Made by a program: the position numbers and the translations under genes | NCBI GenBank assembly: GCA_002633005.1 | Contig: NMRA01000058.1 | Location: 36,565 to 100,564 of the forward strand | Length of the DNA: 64,000 nt | Source: Phoronis australis | Taxonomy: Eukaryota > Animalia > Phoronida | Reading direction: 5' to 3' | Shown here: positions 51,641-63,540 of the stretch, in pieces | Layout: each line of letters begins with the position of its first letter | How positions within the stretch are numbered: position 1 is the stretch's first letter | Notes under the pieces: generated by a model | Told to the model about the DNA's origin: nothing | The model's database searches: none | The model's input: the letters and a program-made list of their open reading frames with translations, nothing else

Positions 51641-53144
51641 TATGTAGTGCAATGGTTTGGCAAACCTCTCTTCAAGTGTGACCAAAATCAGAGCTGGAGG
51701 TGTGTGAGTGGATCTTTTGCTATCATTGTTGAGGATCATAATGAGTCACTGAATACTAAGTACAAAGTGCATTAATTTTGCTGTATGGAGGCGAAATTCA
51801 TACTCGCATAGACATTTAGAACAGACTACACACTTGGAAGAGTTGCTGTTATTGCATTACAACATGCCTGGTACATTTTGTTCAGTCGCAACCAACTGTA
51901 ATGTATATAAGTTGAGATGATTACAGCAAAGTTAGAATAGCACAGCTTCAACAATTGTGTAACATCTTAAATGATTTAAGTATTGCATATGGCCCTGTCT
52001 ATGTTGTTCTGAAGAACCCAATTAGGTTAGGCAAACAGCCTTGGGTTCTCTCAGGAGTCATCTCAATTTACTAGGACTTACAATGGACCCTTTTATATCC
52101 CACGCAGGCAGTTAAGTTAGGGTTGGTAAATCATCTCGGTGAAGCAACCAGTAAACTCTGTATGGTTCATTGTTAGCATGTAATTAAGAATGTGGACTTG
52201 CTGTTAGTAGTGAAAAATAAAACAAGAATTCCATTCCAAACCGATGGATTTTAAACTGATGCTTCAGTGGACTGTAATGGCCATTTTTGGATATTGCAGG
52301 AATGTTGAAATTTTCGCTATGCTGCTATATTTTGTGTTCAAAAGTTCACCCACAATTACAGTTTACTTTAACTTGGATGAAGATTTTTAAGCAGTTGAAT
52401 TCCACTGTTTTTAAATGGTATCAACCATGCCACCAAATACAATTGTTGTAGGATGTGTTCTAATGATTCACATTGCTAAATGTCCAGGTATGAAAGAAAT
52501 TGTGTTTGGTCTCCATAAGGTCTGCCTATCTTGACAACCAGAATTTGAGATTGCTTCAAACAGAAGGTGCTAAATGATACTCTCACAACACTAAGAGTTG
52601 AATGTCAAATATTTCCTACCTCGGTGAAAACCACAGGTCAGTACGGTGGTTGAAAATATTTAGGGAACATTAGGATCCTGTAGAAAACGAGAAAATTAGT
52701 TAATTAGGGGAGAGTGGGGTAAAACGGCACCCTCAACTTTAAAGATCCATTACCCGAAAAGTGTACAATGTATGTACAATGAATTAATCATGTTCGAAGA
52801 GGTTACCTTGTAGTTTACAAAAAACATAATTAGTAGAATTAAAATTGCACCGTCTTGGCCCAAGACAGATTTGACTTTTTATGGGGTGCTGGGCCGTTTT
52901 ACGCTTCCTTGCGGTTAAGACGGTCAGTGCAGTTGGGTAAAACGGCCCTGCTACTACGAACACAGATTAAATGTAATCATCGATTTATACAATGAAATTT
53001 CATAACAAAAGTCTTTTTCTTCTTTATTTTTAAATCATACATTATACAATATGCGTTCTTAGCTTTTAAAAACTTAACATGACGAAACTGGCAGTTTACA
53101 TTTAATGTAACAACTAACAATAATTTTTACACCACGAACAGTCG

Positions 53145-55254
53145 CTAGAGGCAGAGGTAACAGACGTAGTCTTCGTTTTCGCTATCTACCCCGGCACATT
53201 GGTCATGGGCCCATTTTTCGCAACTTGAGCACTTGATCCAGCCGTCATCATCGCATGTTTCTTCGCAGAATATGCAGGCCTGGTCATTGCTTTCATCATC
53301 ATTGATGTCGCCAACTGTTTTATCCTCTTCTGACTTTTTGGTGCTTTGCACATAGATGCAAAATGTCTTTTTTTCTTCGAATCAGTCATTCATTTTCTTT
53401 CTTCACCTTTTCTCTTCCGCTCTTCCATTTCTTCAGTCTTCTTCAGTTTTAGTTCGACAGCAACCTCAAGCGTTTTCTTGTACGGGCTGCTAGTAAGAAG
53501 AGTTGCTTTGCTGCTTGAGCGCTTACCTTCCCTTGATATGGTTGTGCATGCGGTACCTCAAGTATGTTGGCTGGAGACACATACGTTGTTTCATGGGTTG
53601 TTCTTGGGAGTTTATTGCAAAACGAATCATAGGCCGTTTCATTTAAACCTCTCTCATCGTTTTCCGACGACTGGAGGCTGGCATCAGCAGGTGCTTGCTC
53701 ATCAGATTGGTTGTCAACAACAATGTCCTCTTCTTGGTGGCAAGTATTGTCAGTGACAAATGAAGGTGCAAAATCATGATCCTGGAAAACATGGCGATTG
53801 ACTGGATAAATGTCTGTTTTCCTGAAACCATTTGCAGCAATAAGACCTGTCGTGGACTTCAGGTATGCTTCGTTGAACAGTTTGGCAACTTGAAACGTTG
53901 TTACTGTTCTCCCTGGATTGTTTCGCATCCAAACTTCTATCGCCTGGTTGTAATAAGTGGATAGCGGTTTCACTGAATGATACATCGAGCGGCTGCAACC
54001 GATGCGTGCAGTGAGCAGGAAAGCACAGCATATGCACACCGTGGTCTCTTGCGTAGTTAATGAGATCTATGTTGGTCGTGTGTGACGAGTGCCCGTCTTG
54101 CAAGTTGCACTAACATTACTGGGTTTTCTTTCGTTGCTCCAACAACTGTTACTAAGTGTAGGAACCACTGGAAAAAGCTTTCAGTTTGTATCTAACCACT
54201 TTTGTGACAAGTGTAGATGGACCCGCGTGGTGCTTCATTCATCAGCTCCATTTTTATTCGCTAGCGCGGAAAAACAAACATAGGAGGCACAAATGTGCCC
54301 GTGGCACTCATACAGATTTCAACTGTCACTAGTTGACCGCGTTCCGCCGATGTGATGCTTCCGACTTGTTTCTTTCCTTTAAGCGCTATAATTTGCAAAG
54401 GCCTGGATTGTACGGTGGAGAGTCCCGTTTCGTCCACGTTGTAAACACGGTCAGGTGCAAAGTCATCCATTAGTTTCTCAAGGACATCAAAAAAACTTAG
54501 AGACGATAACCTTGTAGAACGCACGTGCTCTTAAACTTGACGTTGCCTCTGGTGTACGGATGGCAAGCTCAGCATGCCGAGATAAAAACCCATAAACCCA
54601 GTCCTTTCCAGCCATGTTGTTACTGAATCGATGTGGTATTCCATTTTTCTCTACCAGCTGATAAGCAAGAAGTCGGATGTCCTTAATGCCAATGCCAAAC
54701 ATTGTCTCTTCAAGCCTCAATACATGCTGCGCCAATTCAGGCTCCATCTGTAGTGTAAAGGTGTTCTGTAATACAAATAATTACAAAATTGTGCTATACA
54801 AGTTATATGCACTATATCTTGCGTGAAATGTAATTGTATAGTGATATATCACCTCTATTAACGGAACTGCAATATCCCAATGCGGTTGAAAAATCATCAC
54901 CTCACACGAAAAACTCAAATCACATACCGAGACAGTCAGTCTATTTAAACTGCAATTCTCGCTTTATCAACCATTTAATTTGTCTCATAGTTGACATAAA
55001 TATTAATATTAAAACAATTTTTCAATGTAGTTTATTTTATTACTTACTGTAAAACGACAGAGAACTTTGGAGGATCCTTTCGCCCGAACATTCTGGTCTT
55101 TAAATCTAAGCTTCAGAGTGGTTCTCGGTACTCCAAACTGCCTTGCAGCAATGTTACAGCCCATCTCTCTCCTTCTCATCGCGGCTATTGCCTTCTCCAT
55201 GTCCTCACTTTCCCACGCATTTCGTGTAGACGTTCTTATATATTTCCGCGGCAT
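53145..55254 (-). pseudogene. Frameshifted pogo-type transposase: HTH_psq, CENP-B HTH, DDE_1, C-terminal PHD finger
   Basis: AARQFGVPRTTL, AGKDWVYGFLSRH, VYNVDETG, DGHSSH, PAHCTHRLQPLDVS, CIFC...WIKCSSCEKWAHDQC...YVCYLC; intron at 54766-55047. Confidence 0.9.
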
Positions 55255-55322
55255 TATCTAAAAACAAAACATTAAAATTATTTCTGCTATCTATTAAATA
55301 TGTATGGGGTAAAACGGTCACC

Positions 55323-55413
55323 CTGTCCGTCTTATCCCACTACCCAGCTGTCCGTCTTATCCCACTACCCTGCTGTCCGTCTTATCCCACTACCTAGCTG
55401 TCCGTCTTACCCG
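55323..55413. repeat. 25-bp tandem repeat x3.6 (CTGTCCGTCTTATCCCACTACC)
   Basis: Units at 55323, 55348, 55373, 55398; reverse complement resembles the TIR motif. Confidence 0.9.
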
Positions 55414-55764
55414 TTAAGGATGTCACCACAATCAAGCATGCATAGAGAAAACTAGTTAAGGTCATTTTAAATTTTGTTGTCATTTTCTCATTCACAAGAC
55501 ATTACTGTTAAGCTTAATCACACAATCAAGTTTATTTCGTACATTACATTTTCTAAATATGTTACGAAAGGGAGGTACTCACGTAACTTCGAGGGGCATC
55601 AAATATTTCACGCCACAACTTATGTCGTCTGCAGTTTAGTCTAGTCGAAAAATGCCCCCAGTGCATCCCCCGGACTTCAGCTTCTAAGTTGAATTTTTAT
55701 GAAGGAAAACGTGTGGAAACTGAAAATGGTGTTAACAAGCCGAAAAATATCTCAGGTATGTTTT

Positions 55765-56199
55765 CATAGGCGGATTTGGGGGGGGGGTCCCAGGGGGCCC
55801 GGGCCCCCCCCTCCCTTGGCTGCCGCAAAAAAAATAAAACAGAGCGTAGGGAAATGGTGAGTTTATTAATTAACCCCGGTAATTAAAATTATACAGATGA
55901 AAAAGATTTAAATGTGTGCAGTTTTAGTGTTGGGGGGGGGCTCAAATCTAATTTCAAGTGTCAAATTCGGAACACGGCGCGTTCGTAACGGAACTATGGC
56001 TAAGTATAGAATCTCCCGCGATATCCTAGGCGACCGGCAGCGGCGCTGTACACTACGACTCCGTTTCCGTCGTCTGCTCCACTGTGCAATGAAGAAAATT
56101 TACTTCATTTTTNTACATTCGTGGTTCAGTTTGCGCAAAAGCTTCCAACCGGACAAAATGTTGGGGCCCCCCCCTTGTGATATCCTAGATCTGCCACTG
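55765..56199. mobile_element. Non-autonomous element (21537 family) inserted in Academ left TIR, 5-bp TSD GTTTT
   Basis: CATAGGCGGATTT...CCTAGATCTGCCACTG flanked by GTTTT on both sides. Confidence 0.8.
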
Positions 56200-57315
56200 G
56201 TTTTTTATGCAAATTAGTGCCGCCATTACGAATTTTGCGTTACTTCGCAATATGTCGCCAACTATTTCATATAACTGAAAGAACTAAGTGTCTGGACATA
56301 TATTTGGTGGGTCAAACATTACATTAGAACTACAAGTAAATAGGTAAATAAAACAACAAGAATGGATCAACTGAAATTTTCGGATATAAAAACGTCCTTT
56401 GTCAACAGAAACAGAAATAAAGACTACAAGTAAGTGATGCAAGCTATTTTATACATGGTACAGGTATAAAACACTCAACACATGGAGCAGAAGTACTGTG
56501 TGAGGCATGAAAATCTTCTATTTGTATCCAAATTCAGGACTGATGTTGACCCATCCATGAAAACAAACTGTGACATTGCAGTACAAAGCTTGAGAAGTAA
56601 AACGCACCTTGAATACAAAATAACATCAAAATATACCAATGAGCTGTTGAAATGTATGTCAATCAGTGCGAATCCAATGCTGGGGACAGGAAATCTGGAC
56701 TGCATTCGAAATTAAGGCAGCTATCCAAGAAAATGCAAAAATCATCCATATAAGAAAACTAGACTCTATATAAATGAACATGGCGACTTTACAATCTTAA
56801 GCAATGTCAAAGGAACAGCATGCGAAAAACTGTAACAGCTTCATGAAATTCGGGACAAACGTCTCCAACAGCCATATGATCCTCCTCATTGTATGCAGTC
56901 CGTGTGTAATCAGATTCCTCCTGTTCTTCCGAGTGAATTAGAAAATGTGTTATCACAGACAAAGCCGTTAACACTTCACTGCCAAATTTCACCGCTTGGG
57001 GGACACTGAAGGCCCAGAGGCACGAAGCTCCCAGGTGCACCATTCGGCCCATAAACTATCAATATCGTGCACGATCGTGCTCGTTTTCCCACGAGTGCAT
57101 ATTCTGGAGCAAAACTGAAACCAAGTATGGCAGCCATCTTCACAAGGAAAGGTAAAAATAGCTGAGCTAAGATGAATTAACGTATTAATTAAGTGACGTC
57201 TATTTATTTAAATTTCCATTTCATTTCTCCACAAGCGTGCGAGACATATCGTGTTGTTGTAGGTTGCCCAGTATCAAGCCGAGAACTGTTCCAGATTCAC
57301 GTTCCTTGTTAAATC

Positions 57316-58128
57316 CGGATTGTTCTAGAAACCCCTCGATCCGCGCGCCACTGACGACTCCCTCGACCCACGACCTTCTCGACCCAGTTTAAACAAGCTC
57401 CATTCGATCTGAACAAAGAACAAGCGCTGAGTAACAGGACCATCTAGTCTGGCTGTGAGCTCGGCTGGCTTTCCCGTTTTTTTTTGCAATTAAGAAAGTC
57501 GATTTGTTAAATTTGAAAGCCAAAAGCAGAAAAAAAAACGCGACCAAATCATATCAAAGACCTACCAACGTTACAAATGTCGTTCCCGCAGACGGTAATC
57601 GTATCGTCTGCTCTTCAGTTTATGGCAGATTCAAGTTTTTTGGGAGAGTGTGAGGAACCCACGAAATTTTAATTTCTTCAGTAAAGACATTTTGAAAAAC
57701 AAACTGTTAACTAAAAAGTATATGAACGTTTCATGTAGTATATTGTAAACGAGTATACAACAGAAAACAAATAAAAATGTGAAATGATGTGCATTCACGT
57801 TAACATGCTATCTCCGTTTAGTAGAACAAGGCCATTGATAGCTACTCGTGGAACTATTTTCATGGCAACAATAGCACGCTCACAATACACTATATCAGAT
57901 CCTGCTCTTACGCCACTTTCTGTTTTAATCACCAAACGTGAGCTAGATCAGATTCTCGTGTAGGTAAGTCCTATGAAATAGTGACAATCCGAGACGTAAT
58001 ACGATTATGAAATGTATAAAAAGCGCAAAATGTATCTATTGCCACAGGTTGTGGGTCGTGAGGTTGTGGGTCGTGGGGGTTGTGGTTCGAGGGGGTTGTG
58101 GGGATCGAATGGGTTTTAGAACAATCCG
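57316..58128. mobile_element. MITE nested in Academ, TIR CGGATTGTTCTAGAAACCC, subterminal ~15-bp repeats
   Basis: Right end GGGTTTTAGAACAATCCG; (GGTTGTGGGTCGTG)n at 58047-58105. Confidence 0.7.
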
Positions 58129-60053
58129 TTCAATCCCAGACACTGGGTGAGCTATAGAACATGCTATAACTCATGAAGTAATGTCTGATACCTGTGCCCC
58201 TATTCTTGGAACACCAGGTATTTTTTCCAAGGCCAACAAAGCCTCCATTTCGCATTATCTTCTGAACGACATCGTGCCAGAAGACTTTCATTGTCATGAG
58301 GATGTTCTGTTCATCCAAGATGGTTTTGCTCTTCCCCACACGTTAGCTAATCTCCCTCCAACATGTGGTAATGTCTGTTTACAAGTACTTGATCAAACGG
58401 TGTCGAAGAAGCACTTCTTGTTCTCAACTGACAGTTACTACCCTGAATCTATCAAAGCCCAGGAGCAGTTGTGACGTATGACTTCAAAACTTTTCTTGCA
58501 AATGATGACAACAAAAAGCAACTCTGCCTACTGTTACTGCAAGTCTGGAGTGGTTAGAAGGCAGTTTCCGGGTAGAAGAAAACCGAGATGGCCATCCTGA
58601 TTGTAGACGGGCATCCGATGGCGAAGAAGTCTATAATCTTTTTCTGAACAGAACTTTCTGATTATTTCTTACTTTACTAATTTGCGATGTCATAATGCAA
58701 TAATGAAAGTGATTTGATGTTTCTGGTTCATACTCAGGAGATCCCGCATATCTAAAGTAACCAATAAGTGCCTGACCTAAGAATTGTTTTGTACCTCCAG
58801 TACGCTGCCTCACTTGGGTACAGAAACGATGTCGTCAGGATCCTTGACACTGATGTCTGTCATTTTGCTGCTGGCATGCTATAAAGTTGACTTTATATCT
58901 AGGTACAGGTTCCGGGGTGTCTACTGTATCTCTCCGACCTAGCAAAGTCCTTGGGAAAATACTACTGTGAGGCTCTACTTGGATTTTATGTATAGGCCTT
59001 CACTGGAGAAGATTGCACCAGTGCGTTTAAACGTAAAGAAAATGTTGGCCACCTTAAAAAGCTAGAAAAGAATAAAAAAATTCAATGTGCATTCAGGCAA
59101 CGTGACGTTGATTGGGAGGTAAGTTGGGAGAATTCTACTGCCTCATGTACGGCGAGAGTCGTGAGTCATCGATAGATGCTACTCGTGCCGAGATGTTACG
59201 TCAAAGGTTTGGTGAAGATGAATTCCTCACAACTCCAAGAATGACCATGCTCGACTTCCCTCGTGCCAGTCTGAACAGAAACCTCACACCCAACAAGTAA
59301 ATCACCGTATCACCTTGTACAAGCGTGCTTGCGAACCCATAAATGAGAAGCCAAAATCTTGCGACGAAGTACAAGTGTGGATGCGGACTGATGGAAGAGT
59401 ATTACAACCTGTGTGGTCGTGTTGTCCTATCTTACCAAACTTATTGATTGATTTCTTGCTCACCAATGTTTGTGAAGTGGACACAGAAGAGGAAAGGAAG
59501 GGGGGGGGGTTGTAAGGAAGTTTCACGGAAAGCAATGAAAGTGACATGGACTGTTAGAGCATGTAATCACTGACATCAACACCTAATGATTGTCCATATT
59601 TCTACAGCTATTTCCCCGCGTTTTTTCCTTGACGTATTTAAAACATTTGTTGAAATTTGGCTCGTTAAAGAGCTGATTATATACACATTGAAAGTTGCAC
59701 ATTCAGTGTTTATATTGGCTTATGTAAACTTTCAGTGTAGTATTGATTGTTATTAACCGTATAATACAAATTAGATGTAACAAATTAGGAAGAAAATTAT
59801 TACATCGTAATGCTTGACCCTCAAAATATTGGTTTTGACTCTTGATTTGTTCATTTACAAGAACAAGAAAGTGAGATCATCAAATAACGAAAAATCGGTA
59901 ATGGCGGCACTAATTTGCATAAAAACGCACGTGGGACGCTCTTTGGGCTTGTTAACATCTTTTTTTGGTTTTCACGCATATTTTTCTTTGCAAAAATGCA
60001 ACTTAAAAGTTGAAGTCCGGGGGGGCACGGGGCGCCATTTTTCGACTCAACTA

Positions 60054-62745
60054 GAGAACTCCTACCAGTATGCTTCAAGGCTTTTAGGCAAGAGCAAAAG
60101 CGGAACACTTACCTGCACCCAGGCAGATTTGGAGGAGCACCTTGCCAAAATTCACAGCGATGAGTTGAAAGATACTCCCCTAGGCGACTTTCCTGGTCTA
60201 GAGGCTGAAGATTTAACAGACGGAGGTTTTGATCTGGGGAATATTAAGAAGTCAGAAGTGGATAGCACTGTGAAGAAAGCCCAATCGGGGTCAGCCCCTG
60301 GTCCAAGTAGAATTTCGTACAAGGTCTATAAGATGTGTCCCAAGTTGAGAGAAAGGCTTTGGAAGCTGTTTAAGGTTCTCTGGAAGAAGGGCATAGTTCC
60401 AGCACAGTGGGGGCGAGCTGAAGGAGTTTATGTTCCAAAAGAAGAAGGCTCGAAGCAGATTAGCCAGTTTCGACCAATTTCACTGCTCAGCGTGGAGGAA
60501 AAGATCTACTTAGCGATCCTATCCGGCAGAATGACAGACTTCATGATCAAGAATAAAGTATATTGACACATCTTCAAAGAAAGGCGGGGTTCCAGGCTTT
60601 TCTGGATGCCTGGAACATAATTCTATCATAAGGGAACTCATACACCGAGCGAAGAAGGGCAAGAAGAATCTGTCGATGGTGTGGCTCGACATGGAAAATG
60701 CCTACGGTTCGGTACCACATGTGTTAGTTTATCGTGCCATGGACGTCTAACACATTCCTAAGAAAGTCAAGAGTATAGTGAAGTCATACTACAGCTCCTG
60801 TGTGATGCTTTTCATGGTGGGCAACTTCACTACGAAGTGGCAACACCTAGAGAAAGGAATTGACGGGATGCACCATTTCAGTCATCCTGTTTATCATGGC
60901 AATGAACGTCCTGCTGAAGAGAGCACAATCTGAGCGGAGAGGTCAAAAACTAGATGAAGTCAGACAGCCATCATGTAGAGCTTTTGTTGACGAAGCCAGA
61001 ACAATTCTTCGTTGCCTAGAAGAGCTCACTAAATGGGCCCGCATGACATTCACGACAGAGAAGTCTAGATCTCTTATCATCAACAAAGGCGTGTTGCTCA
61101 AGAGACAAACGTTTTCGATAGCAGGTTGCAGAATTCCAACAATAAGTGAACAACCAGTCAAGTGCCTTGGAAAGTACTATGATAGCAGCCTACGAGACAC
61201 ATCCCGTGTCAAGGATGTGAAAGCCCAGCTCAAGGTATGGCTTGAGAAGATCGATAGAGATGGCATACCCGGAAGATTCAAGCTCTGGTGCTACCAGTTC
61301 ATCTTGCTCCCGAAGCTTATGTGGCTCCTGTTAATCTACGACGTCACGTCCTCTTCAGCAGAGGAAACTGAAAGAGCAGCGAACCGGTTCATTCGAAGGT
61401 GGCGTGGTCTACCTGCATCATTCAGCAACGTCGGGCTGTACGTCAAGTCATCGAAACGTGTTCTACCCGTCTCATCTGTGGTGGAGGAATATAAAGTTAC
61501 CAAAGTGCGAGCCAGTATCACTCTGCGGAATACATCTGACCAGGCCATCAGTGGTTGCAGCACCCAATCACGCACCGGCAGTAACTTGTCCACCACGTCG
61601 ACAATCAGCGAAGCAGAAAGCCGGCTGAGGCACAAGCAATTAATAGGAACAGCTTGCCAGGGTAGGCAACGACTGGGCTACAAGACCGGGATGCCATCAA
61701 GGAAAAGATCTAAAAACCCAGACAGAGACAGAATAATCAGAGAACTTAGATTGTCAGAGAACGAAGAAAGGTATACTCGAGCAGTCCAGATGGGTCAGCA
61801 GGGGGCGTGGACAAAGTGGGACAAAGTCTTGCAAAGGGAAATAAAGTGGGCGGATTTGTGGAAGATGTCGCCTTTGAAAGCAAAGTTTCTCATCAGATCT
61901 GTTTATGATGTACTGCCGACTACCAGCAACCTTGCTATTTGGGGTCTTACTGACAACCCGAGTTGTATTCAGTGGGGACGCAGATGTTCTTTAGAATATA
62001 TTCTGTCATCTTGCAGCGCGTCTTTGGCATCAGGAAAGTACACCTACCAACACAACAAGGTACTGAAAGTTTTCGCAAGGGTGTTGGTCGATGAAGTCAA
62101 GAGTAAACCAAAGTCGAGAAGCCACCGGATCGAATTCATCAGTTTCAGAAGAAGTGGCGATGAGGCAAGTAAGGGGAAGACCCCAGTGCAAAAAGGCATC
62201 CTTCACACAGCCACCGACTGGAAATAGTGGGTTGATCTTGCCGGTCACCAGTCATCCTTCCCACAGCACATTGTCCAGACTACCCAGCGCCCTGACTTGG
62301 TTCTTTATTCGGACAGTTCCCACCAGCTCACCATTCCGTGGGAGAGTAGGGTAGAAGAGGCACATGAGTGGAAGAACCTGATGTATACGGATCTGAAGAG
62401 TGACTGCCACGTTAACGGCTGGAGGTGTTGGAGTTTTTCTGTAGAGGTTGGCTGCCGTGGTTTTCTGGCCAGTTCGGTCACTGCTATGGCGAGGTCTCTA
62501 GGCGTCTCTGCGACAGGAAAGAAGGCTCTTTTAGGCGGTGTGGCCTCCGAAGCTGAACAGGCATCTTGTTGAATTTGGATGAAGCACGAACAGCAACACC
62601 ATCAGCAACCGTCAGGCAGAGCCTGATCAACTCTGTTGTCCCGCCTACTAGAGATGGTATTGGTTTAGAGACGAAACCATTAAGGACAGTAGGAGACCAA
62701 CTGAAGATGACGGTTGAGCACAGTTTCATCAAGTGTTTAAAGTAA
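60054..62745 (+). mobile_element. HERO-clade non-LTR retrotransposon (RT plus restriction-like endonuclease), 5'-truncated, frameshifted
   Basis: SAPGPS, QFRPISLLSVE, WLDMENAYGSVPH, GCTISVILF, degenerate CCHC knuckle, RPDLVL...LTIPWE, VEVGCRGF. Confidence 0.85.
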
Positions 62746-62750
62746 GTTCT

Positions 62751-63540
62751 TGTTATGATTCATGCATGTCACTATATAAGTATATGATCGCATGGATTAG
62801 CAGAAGAGTAATGTAATAAAACTATTATCCTCCATCAGACTAGTATTATCCTTGGACCGCGTTCTCTCACTACTTTGCGCATTCAACGTTCCTAACCGAA
62901 CAGAATGCCTTTCATTGCTAGCACATCAACAGGTTATGGGCCCAGTATGGCCAGCAGTTCCAGCACTAGCGTGAGTAGAAGTTCAGGAAGACTGAGTTGG
63001 CTATGTTTTGATGGAGATGAAAGAAGGTATGAACTGTGGGAAATTAAGTTTTTCGGACACTTGAAATCGCTAGATCTGAAACAGACAATTGAATCCGACG
63101 CGGAAATCGTCGATGATGAGAAGAATGAAGAAGCATTCTGTGAACTAGTTCAATACTTGGATGACAAAAGTTTGAACTTAATAATTTGAGAAGCGAAAAA
63201 TGATGGTCGTGAGGCACTAAACATTTTACGAGAACATTATACGGGGTGCTGTAAGCCGCCAAGAATAATTGGGTTACTGATACAACGAACTGACGGCACT
63301 AAAAATGCAAGCAAATGAGTCTGTGACAAACTATCTGATCAGAGTAGAACGTGCCTCAACTTACCTGCGAACAGCAGAAGAGGTTATAAGTGATAGCTTG
63401 TTGATCGTAATGACCATGAAGGGATTACCAGAAAAATTCGGACCCTTCATCGTTTATGTATCTCAGAATACAGATAACCTTTGGAGACTTCAAAGGGAAA
63501 TTAAGGTCTTTGAAGAAAATGAAAATGCGAGACAACATAC
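62751..63540 (+). mobile_element. Ty1/Copia LTR retrotransposon 5' end: LTR 62751-62931, PBS 62932-62945, decayed gag
   Basis: TG...CA LTR with TATA-like and AATAAA signals; GGTTATGGGCCCAG is the copia half-tRNA-iMet PBS; gag FDGDERRYELWE, DGREALNILREHY, ESVTNYLIR. Confidence 0.85.

Larger units (their letters stand above)
52707..55636 (-). mobile_element. pogo/Tigger-like (Tc1/mariner superfamily) DNA transposon, one TIR visible
   Basis: TA-GGGGAGAGTGGGGTAAAACGG terminus; repeated GGGTAAAACGG motifs; transposase inside. Confidence 0.85.
55637..60053 (+). mobile_element. Academ DNA transposon, deleted and decayed, long TIRs with TAG...CTA ends
   Basis: Left TAGTCTAGTCGAAAAATG...CCCCCGGACTTCA and right TGAAGTCCGGGGG...CATTTTTCGACTCAACTA, homology about 170 bp; transposase remnants at 58150-59550 (IQDG, TDSYYPESIK, FLANDDNK, DTDV, FTGEDCTSAF). 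Confidence 0.8.

Noticed and set aside
55323-55413. Short direct repeats as a CRISPR array
   Set aside because: No unique spacers, eukaryotic context, lies inside a transposon
56780-57060. ORF 56807-57052 as a THAP or accessory gene in Academ
   Set aside because: No intact motif recognisable in any frame
59814-60053. N-terminus of ORF 59814-60566 as the true HERO protein start
   Set aside because: This part is the Academ right TIR; the frame is open by chance
62670-62710. GAAAC plus CTGAAGA in the HERO 3' UTR as a hammerhead ribozyme
   Set aside because: The helix after CTGAAGA pairs with a strand followed by GGCA, not GAAA, so hammerhead topology is not met
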